Shown here in pieces: positions 1 through 9,749 of a stretch of 64,000 bases of DNA. The position numbers were made by a program, and so were the translations under genes. The stretch is from positions 32,001 through 96,000 of the IMG/VR virus record IMGVR_UViG_3300038673_000220; one strand, written 5' to 3'. Every line of letters begins with the position of its first letter. Positions within the stretch are counted from its first letter, which is position 1. The notes under the pieces are model-generated. The model did not search any database and was not told where the DNA came from. It was given only the letters and a program-made list of their open reading frames with translations. Origin of the DNA: a virus (lineage: Duplodnaviria > Caudoviricetes).

Positions 1-399
1 GACAAGTATAGTCTTGATAACGTTCTTGATAAAGAGATTCAAATGGGGAAACTCCCACTTATCAGTGGATCTCACGTTATCATGCAACGTCATCATTTTA
101 AAGAATACATCGTTTACAACATATTCGATGTCATTGGATTGAAGCTTCTTGAAGACAGGATCAATGATTTTGTATCTATGCATGTGCTTATAGGTCCAAC
201 TCCAGTAAGCAAGTTTGCAACTCAGACCACTCGATCGACAAATGATATGTATTACGACCTTATCAACAAAGGTATGATCCTCTCATCTAAATCAGGTGAT
301 GATCCTTTTATCAAATTCGATAAGTACTTACCTCGAGTAGGTGGTGCAGTTCTATCTGCGAGTCGAGTACGAGGAGTAGGGATTCCCTTAACCTTATGA
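1..399 (+). CDS. Family-B DNA polymerase, exonuclease-bearing subunit (phiKZ gp82-like), 5' fragment; partial, begins upstream of window
   Basis: Frame is open from base 1 (DKYSLDNVLDKEIQMGK...). Contains PolB-type YSLDNV, ExoIII-like YNIFD and the GGAVL motif that precedes polymerase motif A. Stops before motif A. Confidence 0.85.
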   Translation, partial: DKYSLDNVLDKEIQMGKLPLISGSHVIMQRHHFKEYIVYNIFDVIGLKLLEDRINDFVSMHVLIGPTPVSKFATQTTRSTNDMYYDLINKGMILSSKSGDDPFIKFDKYLPRVGGAVLSASRVRGVGIPLTL

Positions 400-938
400 A
401 CGAAGATTTTTTTCCTATTTCAAAAGATACCGATGTCAAATGCTATCGTTGTAAAAAAGAAAATACTCAATCTGAAGAGCAGTTTTACCTTACAGAGTGG
501 GAACTTTCTACAGGAGCATCAACTGACGGTATTTATTATTGTCATTCTTGTATAATTAATAGTGGAGAACATACAATGATCACATTGCTTGAACCTAAAA
601 ATCCAAAGTCAGATAAAAAAGATAAAAACGTACCAGTAACTGTATTCACCTTAACTTTCGCTACAATCGATCTGAATTATTCGAACGTATCGATATCGAA
701 GAAGGTACCTAATAGCAGGCTTGAATTGAACGAATCTGTATTAAATGATCATTTTGATGATATCATCAGGGATTATAATGATCCAAGTATTTCTACCATT
801 AAGGGAGTATTTAATGGAAAATACGTTAACGTCGAAAAGAAATACATATCAGGATTCTTCGTTGATGTGCTTCATAAAGTTGAAGGTGAAGCTTGTAATG
901 GTTTTGATAATGATGGTCTACCTCCTTGGAATCCTTAA
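396..938 (+). CDS. Hypothetical protein with putative Zn finger, inserted within the polymerase locus
   Basis: ATGA overlap with the polymerase fragment stop; CYRC...CHSC pairs; no family recognised. Confidence 0.7.
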   Translation: MNEDFFPISKDTDVKCYRCKKENTQSEEQFYLTEWELSTGASTDGIYYCHSCIINSGEHTMITLLEPKNPKSDKKDKNVPVTVFTLTFATIDLNYSNVSISKKVPNSRLELNESVLNDHFDDIIRDYNDPSISTIKGVFNGKYVNVEKKYISGFFVDVLHKVEGEACNGFDNDGLPPWNP

Positions 939-959
939 TCCGATTAAGAGGAAACAATA

Positions 960-2207
960 TTGGAATTGTATTTTATCATTACAACTATCATAGATAGATT
1001 CAGAGAATATGCTTCGATAGAAAATTGTATTAGTGAACGATTTATGTATTTAGCTTATCTCTTAGCTAATATCGATAACGATCCACCATCATTCAAACAT
1101 CTCGTCGTTGAAGCGTTATCTCGTCAGGTTCATGGTGATGATTATGAGTATCCGTATGATGAAACTATCTATACTGATCTCATTTTCGTTGAAACTAAAA
1201 TCCCTATCATCTGTAAAACGCATGGTTTATTTTACCTAACATTGAGAGAGCATCTCATACCTCCCATCATAGATGCAGACGAAGCTTTTAAGCTCGATAT
1301 TCGAGATAATTACCCTCACGGATGCTTGACTTGTATCAATGAAATCAAAAACTCGAATGCAAGACGTCGATTAACTACTTCGATGTTCCTCATGCAATTA
1401 GAACAATATCCAGACTCATTAAAGGTTGATTATAGCCTTGTAAGATATGGTATTCCAACTGATGGGTCCTCTAGTGTTGATTCTGATGGTAAAAGGATAG
1501 ATCCTTCAAGTATTCCGATAGCTCTTATCTGTAGAGAGTGTAGCACTCCTGATAATAAAGTCATCTATTATCAGAGACCTTATATCCATATAAAAGGATT
1601 CAAAAAGAATCAAGGAACTGGGTGTAAAGAGTGTCATAAGAAGTTGAGAATTGAAGTTGGTAAAAGAATATGGGAAGATGAAGCTTTTCGTAAGTCTAAA
1701 ACCGAAGCTACTAGAATCCAAATGAATGATCCAATTATGAGAGAAAAATTGCGATCATGGATGACAGAGCGGAATAAGGATCCTGAGTTTAGGAAACTTA
1801 TGAGTTCTGAGGAGGTTCGTAAGAATAGGAGTATATCTAACTCTAATTTTGATAGATCAACTCCATCTGATGTTTATCTTCTTACTGGATATTCATCTGA
1901 ATTTGGATATTTGATCAAGGTTGGATGCAGCTCTAATATCCATAGTAGATTAGCCAATCTCAAGGTTGGTAATGATATCAATTTTGAGTTGATTTGGTCA
2001 AAACATTTCGAAAACGGTATTGAAGCTTTTAAATTGGAGGATTTCATCTTAAATAATGAAACAATTCTGAATCATAAATGGAATGGTGATATGGGGAGTA
2101 TTGTTCGTAAAGGAAGTACAGAAATCCTAACTTTTTCATCAGAAGAAGAACGATCTAAGATCCTCAATTTCATCATCCAAATTTCAGATACTTCCAAATT
2201 CAACTAA
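960..2207 (+). CDS. Putative free-standing homing endonuclease (Zn-ribbon repeats, basic helical region, C-terminal GIY-YIG-superfamily T5orf172/MUG113-like domain)
   Basis: Two IIC..HG/IC..C...GC..C units typical of phage endonucleases; NUMOD3-like basic helix; C-terminal DVYLL...IKVGCS...RL..L...LE...GSTE pattern. Confidence 0.75.
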   Translation: MELYFIITTIIDRFREYASIENCISERFMYLAYLLANIDNDPPSFKHLVVEALSRQVHGDDYEYPYDETIYTDLIFVETKIPIICKTHGLFYLTLREHLIPPIIDADEAFKLDIRDNYPHGCLTCINEIKNSNARRRLTTSMFLMQLEQYPDSLKVDYSLVRYGIPTDGSSSVDSDGKRIDPSSIPIALICRECSTPDNKVIYYQRPYIHIKGFKKNQGTGCKECHKKLRIEVGKRIWEDEAFRKSKTEATRIQMNDPIMREKLRSWMTERNKDPEFRKLMSSEEVRKNRSISNSNFDRSTPSDVYLLTGYSSEFGYLIKVGCSSNIHSRLANLKVGNDINFELIWSKHFENGIEAFKLEDFILNNETILNHKWNGDMGSIVRKGSTEILTFSSEEERSKILNFIIQISDTSKFN

Positions 2208-2235
2208 CCTATTATATAACAAGATTCATTTCAGC

Positions 2236-2285
2236 ATTTTTAGGAAACTTGAAAAATACACCTCTTTTGACAGTTTCCTAAAAAT
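2236..2285. other. 14-bp perfect inverted repeat upstream of the second polymerase fragment
   Basis: ATTTTTAGGAAACT (2236-2249) / AGTTTCCTAAAAAT (2272-2285). Confidence 0.8.
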
Positions 2286-2319
2286 ACCATTTTAAACCAT
2301 TCCACATGGAGGTTTAATT

Positions 2320-2613
2320 TTGCAATTAAGCTTCGAAACGATGTTCTCGATACTAGTAGCAGACCTTGATTACTCAAGTCTTTATCCAAGTATTATGAGA
2401 GCGATAAATCAGAGTCGGATGACTCTAACATTTGTACCTATCTTGATTGATGGAATGACTCGAGATGAACTTGATAGGTACTTTAGTAATCTTGTAAATG
2501 TTAGAGAAAACGCTGAAACTCTTTGTTCTGTTTATCACGGATTTCCAGATTACCAAGAAATGTACCAATTAGTTAGGGACTATCAGTATAGAGACCAACC
2601 CTCAATTAATTGA
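2320..2613 (+). CDS. Family-B DNA polymerase, motif-A-containing C-terminal fragment of the same subunit
   Basis: ADLDYSSLYPSIMRAIN matches PolB motif A (DxxSLYPS). Own SD GGAGG (2308-2312) precedes a TTG start. Confidence 0.85.
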   Translation: MQLSFETMFSILVADLDYSSLYPSIMRAINQSRMTLTFVPILIDGMTRDELDRYFSNLVNVRENAETLCSVYHGFPDYQEMYQLVRDYQYRDQPSIN

Positions 2614-2629
2614 AGGATAATAAATTATC

Positions 2630-3292
2630 ATGAAATTCATTATGTTTTGTGGAGATGATCGAGTCGGTAAATCGACAATGTCAAGATCATTACAATCATT
2701 GATCCATAGAGGTTTTCGTGTTAAAACATCCATCGTATCTTTTGCAGATGGTGTAAGAGATGAATTAGTTAATCTCTATGGTATTCCAAATGAGATTATA
2801 TATAACAAAACCATCGATAAGAAGAAGTTGAATCTTTGCCTCGGTGATTATACATATGAAGGAATCATACCACAGTTGTGGATGAAATATGGCTTAATTG
2901 GTAAGCTTTCTGACTATTCTGATATAGAGATATCTTTACGGGATCTTTTCGTAACTCATGGAACGAAGATCAGACGTCAAGAAGATGATCTTTATTGGAA
3001 TAAGATCGTTAAAGAAAAAGTAGCATCATTCGATGATATTGAAATATGTATCATTGATGATCCAAGATCACCATCGGATTTTGAATTCGACACGTTGATT
3101 TTTCATCTAAACAACAATCAACCAGCTCATTATAATCTTGAACAACAGAGATTCCATGATTGGTTAAAAAATAACGAACATCGCATAGATTTGAGTGTAG
3201 ATCTACCTGTACATTTACTTGAATTCGATGCAGATAAAATAAATAAACAAATCATCTTACCGTATATTCGTGATAAGATGATTATTAAATAA
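2630..3292 (+). CDS. Deoxynucleoside monophosphate kinase-like P-loop kinase
   Basis: GDDRVGKST P-loop, SFADGVR, R....GT..RR and IIDDPR motifs of dNMP kinases. Confidence 0.75.
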   Translation: MKFIMFCGDDRVGKSTMSRSLQSLIHRGFRVKTSIVSFADGVRDELVNLYGIPNEIIYNKTIDKKKLNLCLGDYTYEGIIPQLWMKYGLIGKLSDYSDIEISLRDLFVTHGTKIRRQEDDLYWNKIVKEKVASFDDIEICIIDDPRSPSDFEFDTLIFHLNNNQPAHYNLEQQRFHDWLKNNEHRIDLSVDLPVHLLEFDADKINKQIILPYIRDKMIIK

Positions 3293-3300
3293 GGTGGTTT

Positions 3301-3858
3301 GTGATGCAAAATCAGATATCTTGGCTCTCTTTTGATCTTGGGAGTAATCTCGGTTGGAACAAAAGCGTTTGTACGTTCCGACCTGAGTTAAAAATAAACG
3401 TTGTTGATCATGGTACTATCGATTTGAATCATTTGGCTTCCGAATGGTCTAAGCGTAATTACAGTGAAGTACTCACTCCACGACGTATCAGGATCAATAT
3501 CTTCATGGAGCAAATCAAGAAACTCGTTGATAACTCAAATGCTGACGCTTTTGTTACGGAAGATGTTTTCTGTAATCCTCATCGAGTCGATGCGTTCAGA
3601 GCATTAGTTATCTACATGGATCGATTAGAAAGCTACATCAATAATGAAAAGAACAAACGTTTATACACTATCCCTGCAACTCAGATCAAAAAGCATATCA
3701 GTAATTATGGACATGCTGATAAGTCGTTAGTCATCAAATCTGTTTTGGACAATAACCAAATAACTATGAAAAGGCCTCAAGATGCAACGACTCATGAGTT
3801 TGACAGTGTTGCTGTTGTTTGGGGTTTCATCAGAGAATACCTGATGGTTCAAGTTTGA
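3301..3858 (+). CDS. ruvC: RuvC-like Holliday junction resolvase
   Basis: SFDLG, VTEDVF, IKK...G.ADK and HEFDSVAV give the RuvC catalytic D/E/D layout. Start at GTG 3301 or ATG 3304. Confidence 0.8.
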   Translation: MMQNQISWLSFDLGSNLGWNKSVCTFRPELKINVVDHGTIDLNHLASEWSKRNYSEVLTPRRIRINIFMEQIKKLVDNSNADAFVTEDVFCNPHRVDAFRALVIYMDRLESYINNEKNKRLYTIPATQIKKHISNYGHADKSLVIKSVLDNNQITMKRPQDATTHEFDSVAVVWGFIREYLMVQV

Positions 3859-3859
3859 G

Positions 3860-3870
3860 ATATATATCAT
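3860..3870 (+). promoter_or_regulatory. Phage promoter-like motif ATATATATCAT
   Basis: One of 10 exact ATATATATYAT copies found upstream of + strand non-structural units. Confidence 0.65.
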
Positions 3871-3905
3871 CCTGTAATATCAAATCTACTCATGAGGAGA
3901 AAATA

Positions 3906-5300
3906 ATGTTTCAAGTATCAACTCAGGAAGACCGGACTCCTTCCAGATTAACGCGATATGCTGCTTCTAAATGTTACAATCGTAACAGTGAAGAGTGTTT
4001 GAAGAATTGTGATAAAATAGATATTCCAAATGCTTTAGGTAAAACTGGACATCATACAACGCTTCAACATTCGAGTAACTATATCTCATTCGATATTGAA
4101 AATATACCAGTGAGTCTAGCTACATTCGGTCTCCATCTTACGCATCCATTTTACAATTCGAGTCAACGAAGTGGTCGTTATTGTTTGGATATGTTTGATG
4201 GGGACAACCGTATTCAGCTTGTTGAATACATTCAGCAGTTTAAGAAAAAGTATATCGGTGATACACCTTACGATTTAAAGATCCTTAACTGGTTCTTACG
4301 AGGATTTGATTTCTTTCATGATAATATCGATAAGGTCCAAGCTTTAGCTAAGGACGCTCTCTATAAAGAGCGTCCTCATTATAAACTCGATATCGAACGT
4401 CAATCTTTAAGGATAGCTCAAGACCAACTACGTGTGTTTATCTCAACGATCGTTCCAACCGGAATGGTTTACACGATCAATCATATCGCTCTATTTGCAT
4501 TATATGCTTCAGCTTGGAATGATCCATTAAAAGATCTTACACAGCAGATGATACATCAGATCGAAGATCTTGATATCATACGAACATTTGATTCATTGAA
4601 TCTAAAACAAACTAATGATTATCATCCTCATTTCGAATGTTATGGTGATGAGAATAAGGTCTTTGGTATTTTGAATAAACCAGAAGTTAATGTTCATCTT
4701 ACTAAGATCATTAATGATGATAACTTTGATAAATTTGAATCGCTCTTTAAATCGCACGCTGTTCTTGATACGCTCTATTTTGATCCAAACTGTTATCCAG
4801 AGGATATCGATGATCTTTATTGTACTGAGTTTAAGGCGACTGTCAAAGTACCAGTTGTGACTTTTGGTCAGGATCAACGTCATCGTATGATCTCAAGAAC
4901 GTTAGCGAAGGTTACTGGTGATTTTTACATATCTCCATTACTTGAGAAAGTTCCAGGTGTGATCGATTTTGCAGCAAGATTCGCTAATGAATACAATGAG
5001 TTAGTGAATAATGTTGGACCACGTAATATGATCCATTTTATTCCATATGGTTCAGTTGTTGAATACGCTAAACGGTATGATTATAGAGCGTATGCTCATT
5101 GTATTCATAAACGTATGTGCTTCAATGCTGAAGCAACTATTTGGAAGATGGAGAATGAAACGATCAGACAGCTTTTTGCACTGATGAATCGTGATCGAAA
5201 AGAATCTGTTATAGGACCACCATGTTTAAATGGGAAGTGTCCTGAAGGAAAAAGAAGTTGTGGTAAAGAAAGAAGTTGTTTAACACGTAATCTCATTTAA
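3906..5300 (+). CDS. thyX: Two-domain flavin-dependent thymidylate synthase (ThyX-like)
   Basis: GHHTTLQH, SQRSGRY, QDQRHR, KRMC..AE..I and C-terminal GPPC..G.CPEG motifs. Start moved from 3819 to ATG 3906 after SD GAGGAG. Confidence 0.75.
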   Translation: MFQVSTQEDRTPSRLTRYAASKCYNRNSEECLKNCDKIDIPNALGKTGHHTTLQHSSNYISFDIENIPVSLATFGLHLTHPFYNSSQRSGRYCLDMFDGDNRIQLVEYIQQFKKKYIGDTPYDLKILNWFLRGFDFFHDNIDKVQALAKDALYKERPHYKLDIERQSLRIAQDQLRVFISTIVPTGMVYTINHIALFALYASAWNDPLKDLTQQMIHQIEDLDIIRTFDSLNLKQTNDYHPHFECYGDENKVFGILNKPEVNVHLTKIINDDNFDKFESLFKSHAVLDTLYFDPNCYPEDIDDLYCTEFKATVKVPVVTFGQDQRHRMISRTLAKVTGDFYISPLLEKVPGVIDFAARFANEYNELVNNVGPRNMIHFIPYGSVVEYAKRYDYRAYAHCIHKRMCFNAEATIWKMENETIRQLFALMNRDRKESVIGPPCLNGKCPEGKRSCGKERSCLTRNLI

Positions 5301-5314
5301 AAGGACGAAATAAA

Positions 5315-6289
5315 ATGGAAGAAAATACTACACCTGAAGTTGTAGATGTTGATACTAATATTACTGATGAAGAATTGGTAGATCTTGGGGGATCGACTGT
5401 AACAGGTATCGTTACTGACCTTAGTGAAGAGCTTGCTGGAGAAAATATCTCTTTGGATACTCAAGAATCTGATATCAGCGAAGCTGAAACTCTACATAAC
5501 AAGGTTATTCAGTACGCTGATCGTCTGAATGAAATCATTAGTGAGAATGGTGAAGGTCTCGTGATGAGAACTTCAGTCACAGACACCAAAGATGATGTCT
5601 ATGTTGGCTGTATCGATCAAAAGGATAATAGCGTTGTTATCATCAAGAAAGGTTCTGAAAGCTTTATGATAAAACTCGATGGTTATAAGGATATCAAGCA
5701 TATCTTTATCGAGGGTGATGATATCATCGTAGCAGCCTTTAATCATCATGATCAGACAGTTATTATTAAGCTAGACAATAGCTTAAATACGGTTTTTCAG
5801 AAACCTATCTTTAATCATCCGATTGAGATTTCATCGATGGTTAAATGGAATGATCAATACCTTCTTGCAACCAATGTTATCAAGACGATTGAGGAGCATA
5901 ATCTCTTTCGTCAAGCAATCATCCGATGCAACGATTTCTTTGCTCCAATCGATATCATCGAATTCGACGATAAGATCATTAATGATTTTGATATCCCAGT
6001 TGAAGGTTCTTTCACGAAGATCGAATGTATGCTACCTATCGAGGATAAGCTCTTTGTAGCCTCCATTGGTGGTAATAATGAAAAAATCATTTCCAATATC
6101 AGTATTATCGACTCCGATTACAAAGTTGAGCGTTCTTCGTATATGAATATCGAAGGATCTAATATGACTAAGATCGGATTGCTTTATCCAACAACTGATA
6201 ATACTATCAACGTTGTTGGTATCTATACTCAAGATACTGATAACAGATCATTCATCAAGAAACTTGATTACAAGTTAAACATCATTTAA
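5315..6289 (+). CDS. Hypothetical protein, acidic N-terminus plus beta-propeller-like region
   Basis: SD AAGGA; recurrent IIKLD-type strand ends; no family recognised. Confidence 0.7.
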   Translation: MEENTTPEVVDVDTNITDEELVDLGGSTVTGIVTDLSEELAGENISLDTQESDISEAETLHNKVIQYADRLNEIISENGEGLVMRTSVTDTKDDVYVGCIDQKDNSVVIIKKGSESFMIKLDGYKDIKHIFIEGDDIIVAAFNHHDQTVIIKLDNSLNTVFQKPIFNHPIEISSMVKWNDQYLLATNVIKTIEEHNLFRQAIIRCNDFFAPIDIIEFDDKIINDFDIPVEGSFTKIECMLPIEDKLFVASIGGNNEKIISNISIIDSDYKVERSSYMNIEGSNMTKIGLLYPTTDNTINVVGIYTQDTDNRSFIKKLDYKLNII

Positions 6290-6295
6290 TAATAG

Positions 6296-6334
6296 AAACC
6301 AATCGACACCTATGTTGGGTGTCGATTGGTTTTT
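6296..6334 (+). terminator. Intrinsic terminator, 15-bp stem
   Basis: AAACCAATCGACACC-N7-GGTGTCGATTGGTTT followed by T. Confidence 0.85.
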
Positions 6335-6385
6335 AAAAGTATCTTGATGAGTATTTATTTTTTATGCTATTATAAATTTTATCAG

Positions 6386-6396
6386 ATATATATCAT
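6386..6396 (+). promoter_or_regulatory. Phage promoter-like motif ATATATATCAT
   Basis: Exact motif between a terminator and ORF 6438. Confidence 0.65.
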
Positions 6397-6437
6397 TTGG
6401 TAACAATAACTGATCTAATAAATTTTGGAGGTTTATT

Positions 6438-6689
6438 ATGCTTGATTACAATTACATTGATAAAGGTTGCAAAGTTGCTGATCACTTTCATAAACCATTC
6501 AACGTTACAATGAATGGTGCAGTTATCGCCAATGGTATCGATGTTACCTATCCTAATGGTCACATCGAGTTGAGGATCTTTAATTACGATCCTCGATTCA
6601 AATCAGCTATTGATGATATGTTCTCATCCATAGTTGGTGTTCAAGAAGTAACTTTCTCCAATCCTTTAATTATTTCACCAAGGGGGTGA
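6438..6689 (+). CDS. Hypothetical protein
   Basis: SD GGAGG, ATG, 83 aa. Confidence 0.75.
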   Translation: MLDYNYIDKGCKVADHFHKPFNVTMNGAVIANGIDVTYPNGHIELRIFNYDPRFKSAIDDMFSSIVGVQEVTFSNPLIISPRG

Positions 6690-7045
6690 TCATGTATTTA
6701 TTATACTGTATGCATAAACTTAAGAAGCATCTTGCTCTTTATGATGGTTCTTATGAAACGATGCGTAAGTTGCGTACGTATCTTTCATTTGCTCTGAATA
6801 CCGAAACCAAAGGTATTCAAAATATCTCAATTTTAACTCGAGAATATGGGGATATTATTCATCGAATAATGCTTATATTGGACGAGCATGGACAGAGTAT
6901 CGTGGGTCGTGATAACGGTGTCTGGATCTATACAAAAGATGGAAACGTCTTTGAACCAGTTACTGCAAAAGATGTTCCACTCGTATCTCTTCCTAACCTG
7001 GTGCATTTCCGATTGGAATTCCCAGAATTGGAAGCGTATTTATGA
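6686..7045 (+). CDS. Hypothetical protein
   Basis: GTGA overlap with the previous ORF; ends before a terminator. Confidence 0.7.
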   Translation: MIMYLLYCMHKLKKHLALYDGSYETMRKLRTYLSFALNTETKGIQNISILTREYGDIIHRIMLILDEHGQSIVGRDNGVWIYTKDGNVFEPVTAKDVPLVSLPNLVHFRLEFPELEAYL

Positions 7046-7061
7046 TCAACCTAAAAGATCC

Positions 7062-7105
7062 TAAGATCAAGGAGCTCATGTAAGCTCCTTGATCTTATTT
7101 ATTTT
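7062..7105. terminator. Terminator between convergent genes, 14-bp stem
   Basis: TAAGATCAAGGAGC-N8-GCTCCTTGATCTTA plus T tract. Confidence 0.85.
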
Positions 7106-8095
7106 TTAACCGCGCCAAGCTCTTAAAAACATGTATTTTCGTGGACCGACGTTTATAGCGTATTGAGTATCATTGTAGAATGTAGCTTCTAGCATACCAA
7201 GTTCAGTTGATTCGAAGATAATGTTCGGATTGTAGCAATTGAGCATTTTGTCAAGATCGATACTGAAAGCGATATCGGATTGGCTTTCGCCGATAGTACC
7301 AACAACATCTTTCATATCAAGATTCATAAGAGGTGCAATTGTCATGATACCATTTTCAAAATCGACAAGTTGCAGTGCTGAAGAAAGTTTCTTGTTATGC
7401 ATCTGTGCAAGTTGATTTTCAACAGCGTCGATAAACTTATTCGCATCATTCTCTTTGACATTCTTATCTGGAGAAATAAGATTGTTGAATATACCAATAA
7501 GCTTTTCTTGATCTTTGGCATTAGGACGTTTAGAGATATTCCAACCATTAGCATAAAATGGTCGAATAACGTCGTATGAATAAAGCTTGCAGAGGAGCCG
7601 TTCTGCTGCAATGTTTCCATTGAAAGATTGATAGTCTGTGTAGATGTCTTCAACCTCGAATCTTCCTACAGTCGTAAGGCTATTGATCTCTTCGTCAGGA
7701 CTCTCACAGATTTCGTTAAAAACAAGACGAATGATCTTGATACGTGGTGCGAGGATATTATGCTTGATGCTCATTTTACCTACGTAAATATGATAACCAG
7801 GCTTAATAACGATCATAGCTTGTTTAACATTCGGAACACGGTTAAGCTTGTTGAATAGAACCGCATTCAGTAAACGATCGTCCGGACCAGCTACGACAGT
7901 TGCTGTTGAAAACGAAGATTCTTTTTTACGTCCACCAGTTTCCCAAATAGAAACGTTGTCATCTTTGATGTTGAGTGGGATTAGAATTGTGTCGCCGATT
8001 GCAACAGATGAATTCAAAAACTCAAAATAGTCAGTATAGACAAATTGTTTTTTATCATCACCAGAAGTTCTAATCCGACAAGCGCTAAATTCCAT
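7106..8095 (-). CDS. Hypothetical protein
   Basis: 329-aa ORF with SD GAGGAG on the minus strand. Confidence 0.8.
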   Translation of the reverse strand: MEFSACRIRTSGDDKKQFVYTDYFEFLNSSVAIGDTILIPLNIKDDNVSIWETGGRKKESSFSTATVVAGPDDRLLNAVLFNKLNRVPNVKQAMIVIKPGYHIYVGKMSIKHNILAPRIKIIRLVFNEICESPDEEINSLTTVGRFEVEDIYTDYQSFNGNIAAERLLCKLYSYDVIRPFYANGWNISKRPNAKDQEKLIGIFNNLISPDKNVKENDANKFIDAVENQLAQMHNKKLSSALQLVDFENGIMTIAPLMNLDMKDVVGTIGESQSDIAFSIDLDKMLNCYNPNIIFESTELGMLEATFYNDTQYAINVGPRKYMFLRAWRG

Positions 8096-8195
8096 TGAAG
8101 CATCTCCTCTAAAATAAGTTTTAAGTTGGACAACAGGTTTGACTACTATAATGAGCTAAATACTTAATATTCCTCATTAATATAGTTTGAACATA

Positions 8196-9749
8196 TTAAT
8201 TTAAACTTCCTAAGATAGATTCGATATCATCTACCGAAGCTTTCTTATCACCATTTGAATAGATATTGCGAGATCCAGTAAAAGATGTTTCTAGATCATC
8301 AACGATACCTAATTCAGGATCGAACTGATAACAAACGAATTTGTGTTTCTCTGGAGTGTTATCGACGTATCGGTGTTTACCCCAATTCATAGTTAACCAA
8401 GAATTACCTGCATCGTCTTTTTCAATCTCCAAATAGATTATCATGTCAACCTCACGGGCTATACCAGTAGCATCAGCAAAATGACGTTCAGAATATCTCT
8501 TAACAGGGTAAGGTATTCCAGAAGCAGCTATATCAGAAGCACCTTTGTTCAACTGATGAGCTGTAACTAAAGTATTGCCAGACGCTTTACAAAAGTTACA
8601 CACATTATTATACAATGACTGCAATAATGCGTGATTACCAGCTTGACTTGTTGAACCGAAATTCGTCAATTTCATTTGGCTCAAGTAATCAACAACAGTA
8701 GTGATGATCTGAAAACCAGCATTCTCGTATTTCTCGATCAGCGTAACGAATTCATTGTATCCAAAATACGCTGGTAAATACCTTTCGATAACGAGAACAT
8801 AATCATTCACATTGAAATAGCTGTATATCTCATTAACGATTTCATCTTCAGTCATATCAGGTGGAGGAACTGAACCTTTGATGGAGATATACATCTCTTT
8901 AAACATCTTGAACATATTCTGATACCCTTCATTTTCTAATGAGATGAAGAGGATCATCGGTATCTTACCAGGAGTTTTTGGTGGATTGTTGTACTTAACG
9001 ATCCATTGTGGTATTTTTGTTAATATGCCGGATTTGTAATTATGCGTCCTTGCAGCGAATATAACACTCTCACCTAGAGCTAATCCACCACTCGGGCCAA
9101 ATAACTGATTCAGTCCTTGTAATCCAGTTTTAATAACATGATTCACACGACGTTCTTGAAAGAGCTTATAAGCACTCCGTATGCTTCCGATATCACTTGT
9201 GTTGATAGTTTCGACAGGACCGCTTTTATTCGTCAAGCTGTTTACATTGTCAACAGTTGATTGGAACTCTGAAATCAGAGAGCGTATATTCCTCAAAGAC
9301 TCTTTCTGACTCTCTATAGAATATGACAACTCGCTTTCTTTAAGATGACCATACAATTTCGCTATATAGCTCTTACTCATGAACCACATAACGATATTGT
9401 TCAATCTGTCCGTGATATCAACGATACGATTCGCTGAAATTTCGTCATTTACAACAGACTTTAAAGCGTCACGAATGTATCCATCTTTCCTGAATATCTG
9501 ATTCGAAAGATGTCGTTTGAATATATTCAAGATATCGATCTTGTTATCTTCGATATTCAATTGATTAGAAATGATCTCTTTGCAGAGCGTTATATATAAT
9601 TCACAATATTTGATATCTGAATCATTGATTGATCCAAGATTATCATTATACGTATTGAATATAGAATCAACAAGCTTATGCATCTTTTCATCGTTACGAT
9701 GAACTAAGACCTTTAATAGATCAAAGAATACAGTTGCGTCCAGTAGCAT
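8196..9749 (-). CDS. dnaB: DnaB-like replicative helicase (phiKZ gp118-like)
   Basis: Divergent Walker A ARTHNYKSG, FISLEN, VVDYL, TAHQL, GKHR. Divergently placed before a head gene and the capsid gene as in phiKZ. Confidence 0.85.
   Translation of the reverse strand: MLLDATVFFDLLKVLVHRNDEKMHKLVDSIFNTYNDNLGSINDSDIKYCELYITLCKEIISNQLNIEDNKIDILNIFKRHLSNQIFRKDGYIRDALKSVVNDEISANRIVDITDRLNNIVMWFMSKSYIAKLYGHLKESELSYSIESQKESLRNIRSLISEFQSTVDNVNSLTNKSGPVETINTSDIGSIRSAYKLFQERRVNHVIKTGLQGLNQLFGPSGGLALGESVIFAARTHNYKSGILTKIPQWIVKYNNPPKTPGKIPMILFISLENEGYQNMFKMFKEMYISIKGSVPPPDMTEDEIVNEIYSYFNVNDYVLVIERYLPAYFGYNEFVTLIEKYENAGFQIITTVVDYLSQMKLTNFGSTSQAGNHALLQSLYNNVCNFCKASGNTLVTAHQLNKGASDIAASGIPYPVKRYSERHFADATGIAREVDMIIYLEIEKDDAGNSWLTMNWGKHRYVDNTPEKHKFVCYQFDPELGIVDDLETSFTGSRNIYSNGDKKASVDDIESILGSLN

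Noticed and set aside
399-2320. Polymerase insert as a self-splicing intron or intein
   Set aside because: No ribozyme core or intein motifs seen, a stop at 399, and the downstream piece has its own SD and start.
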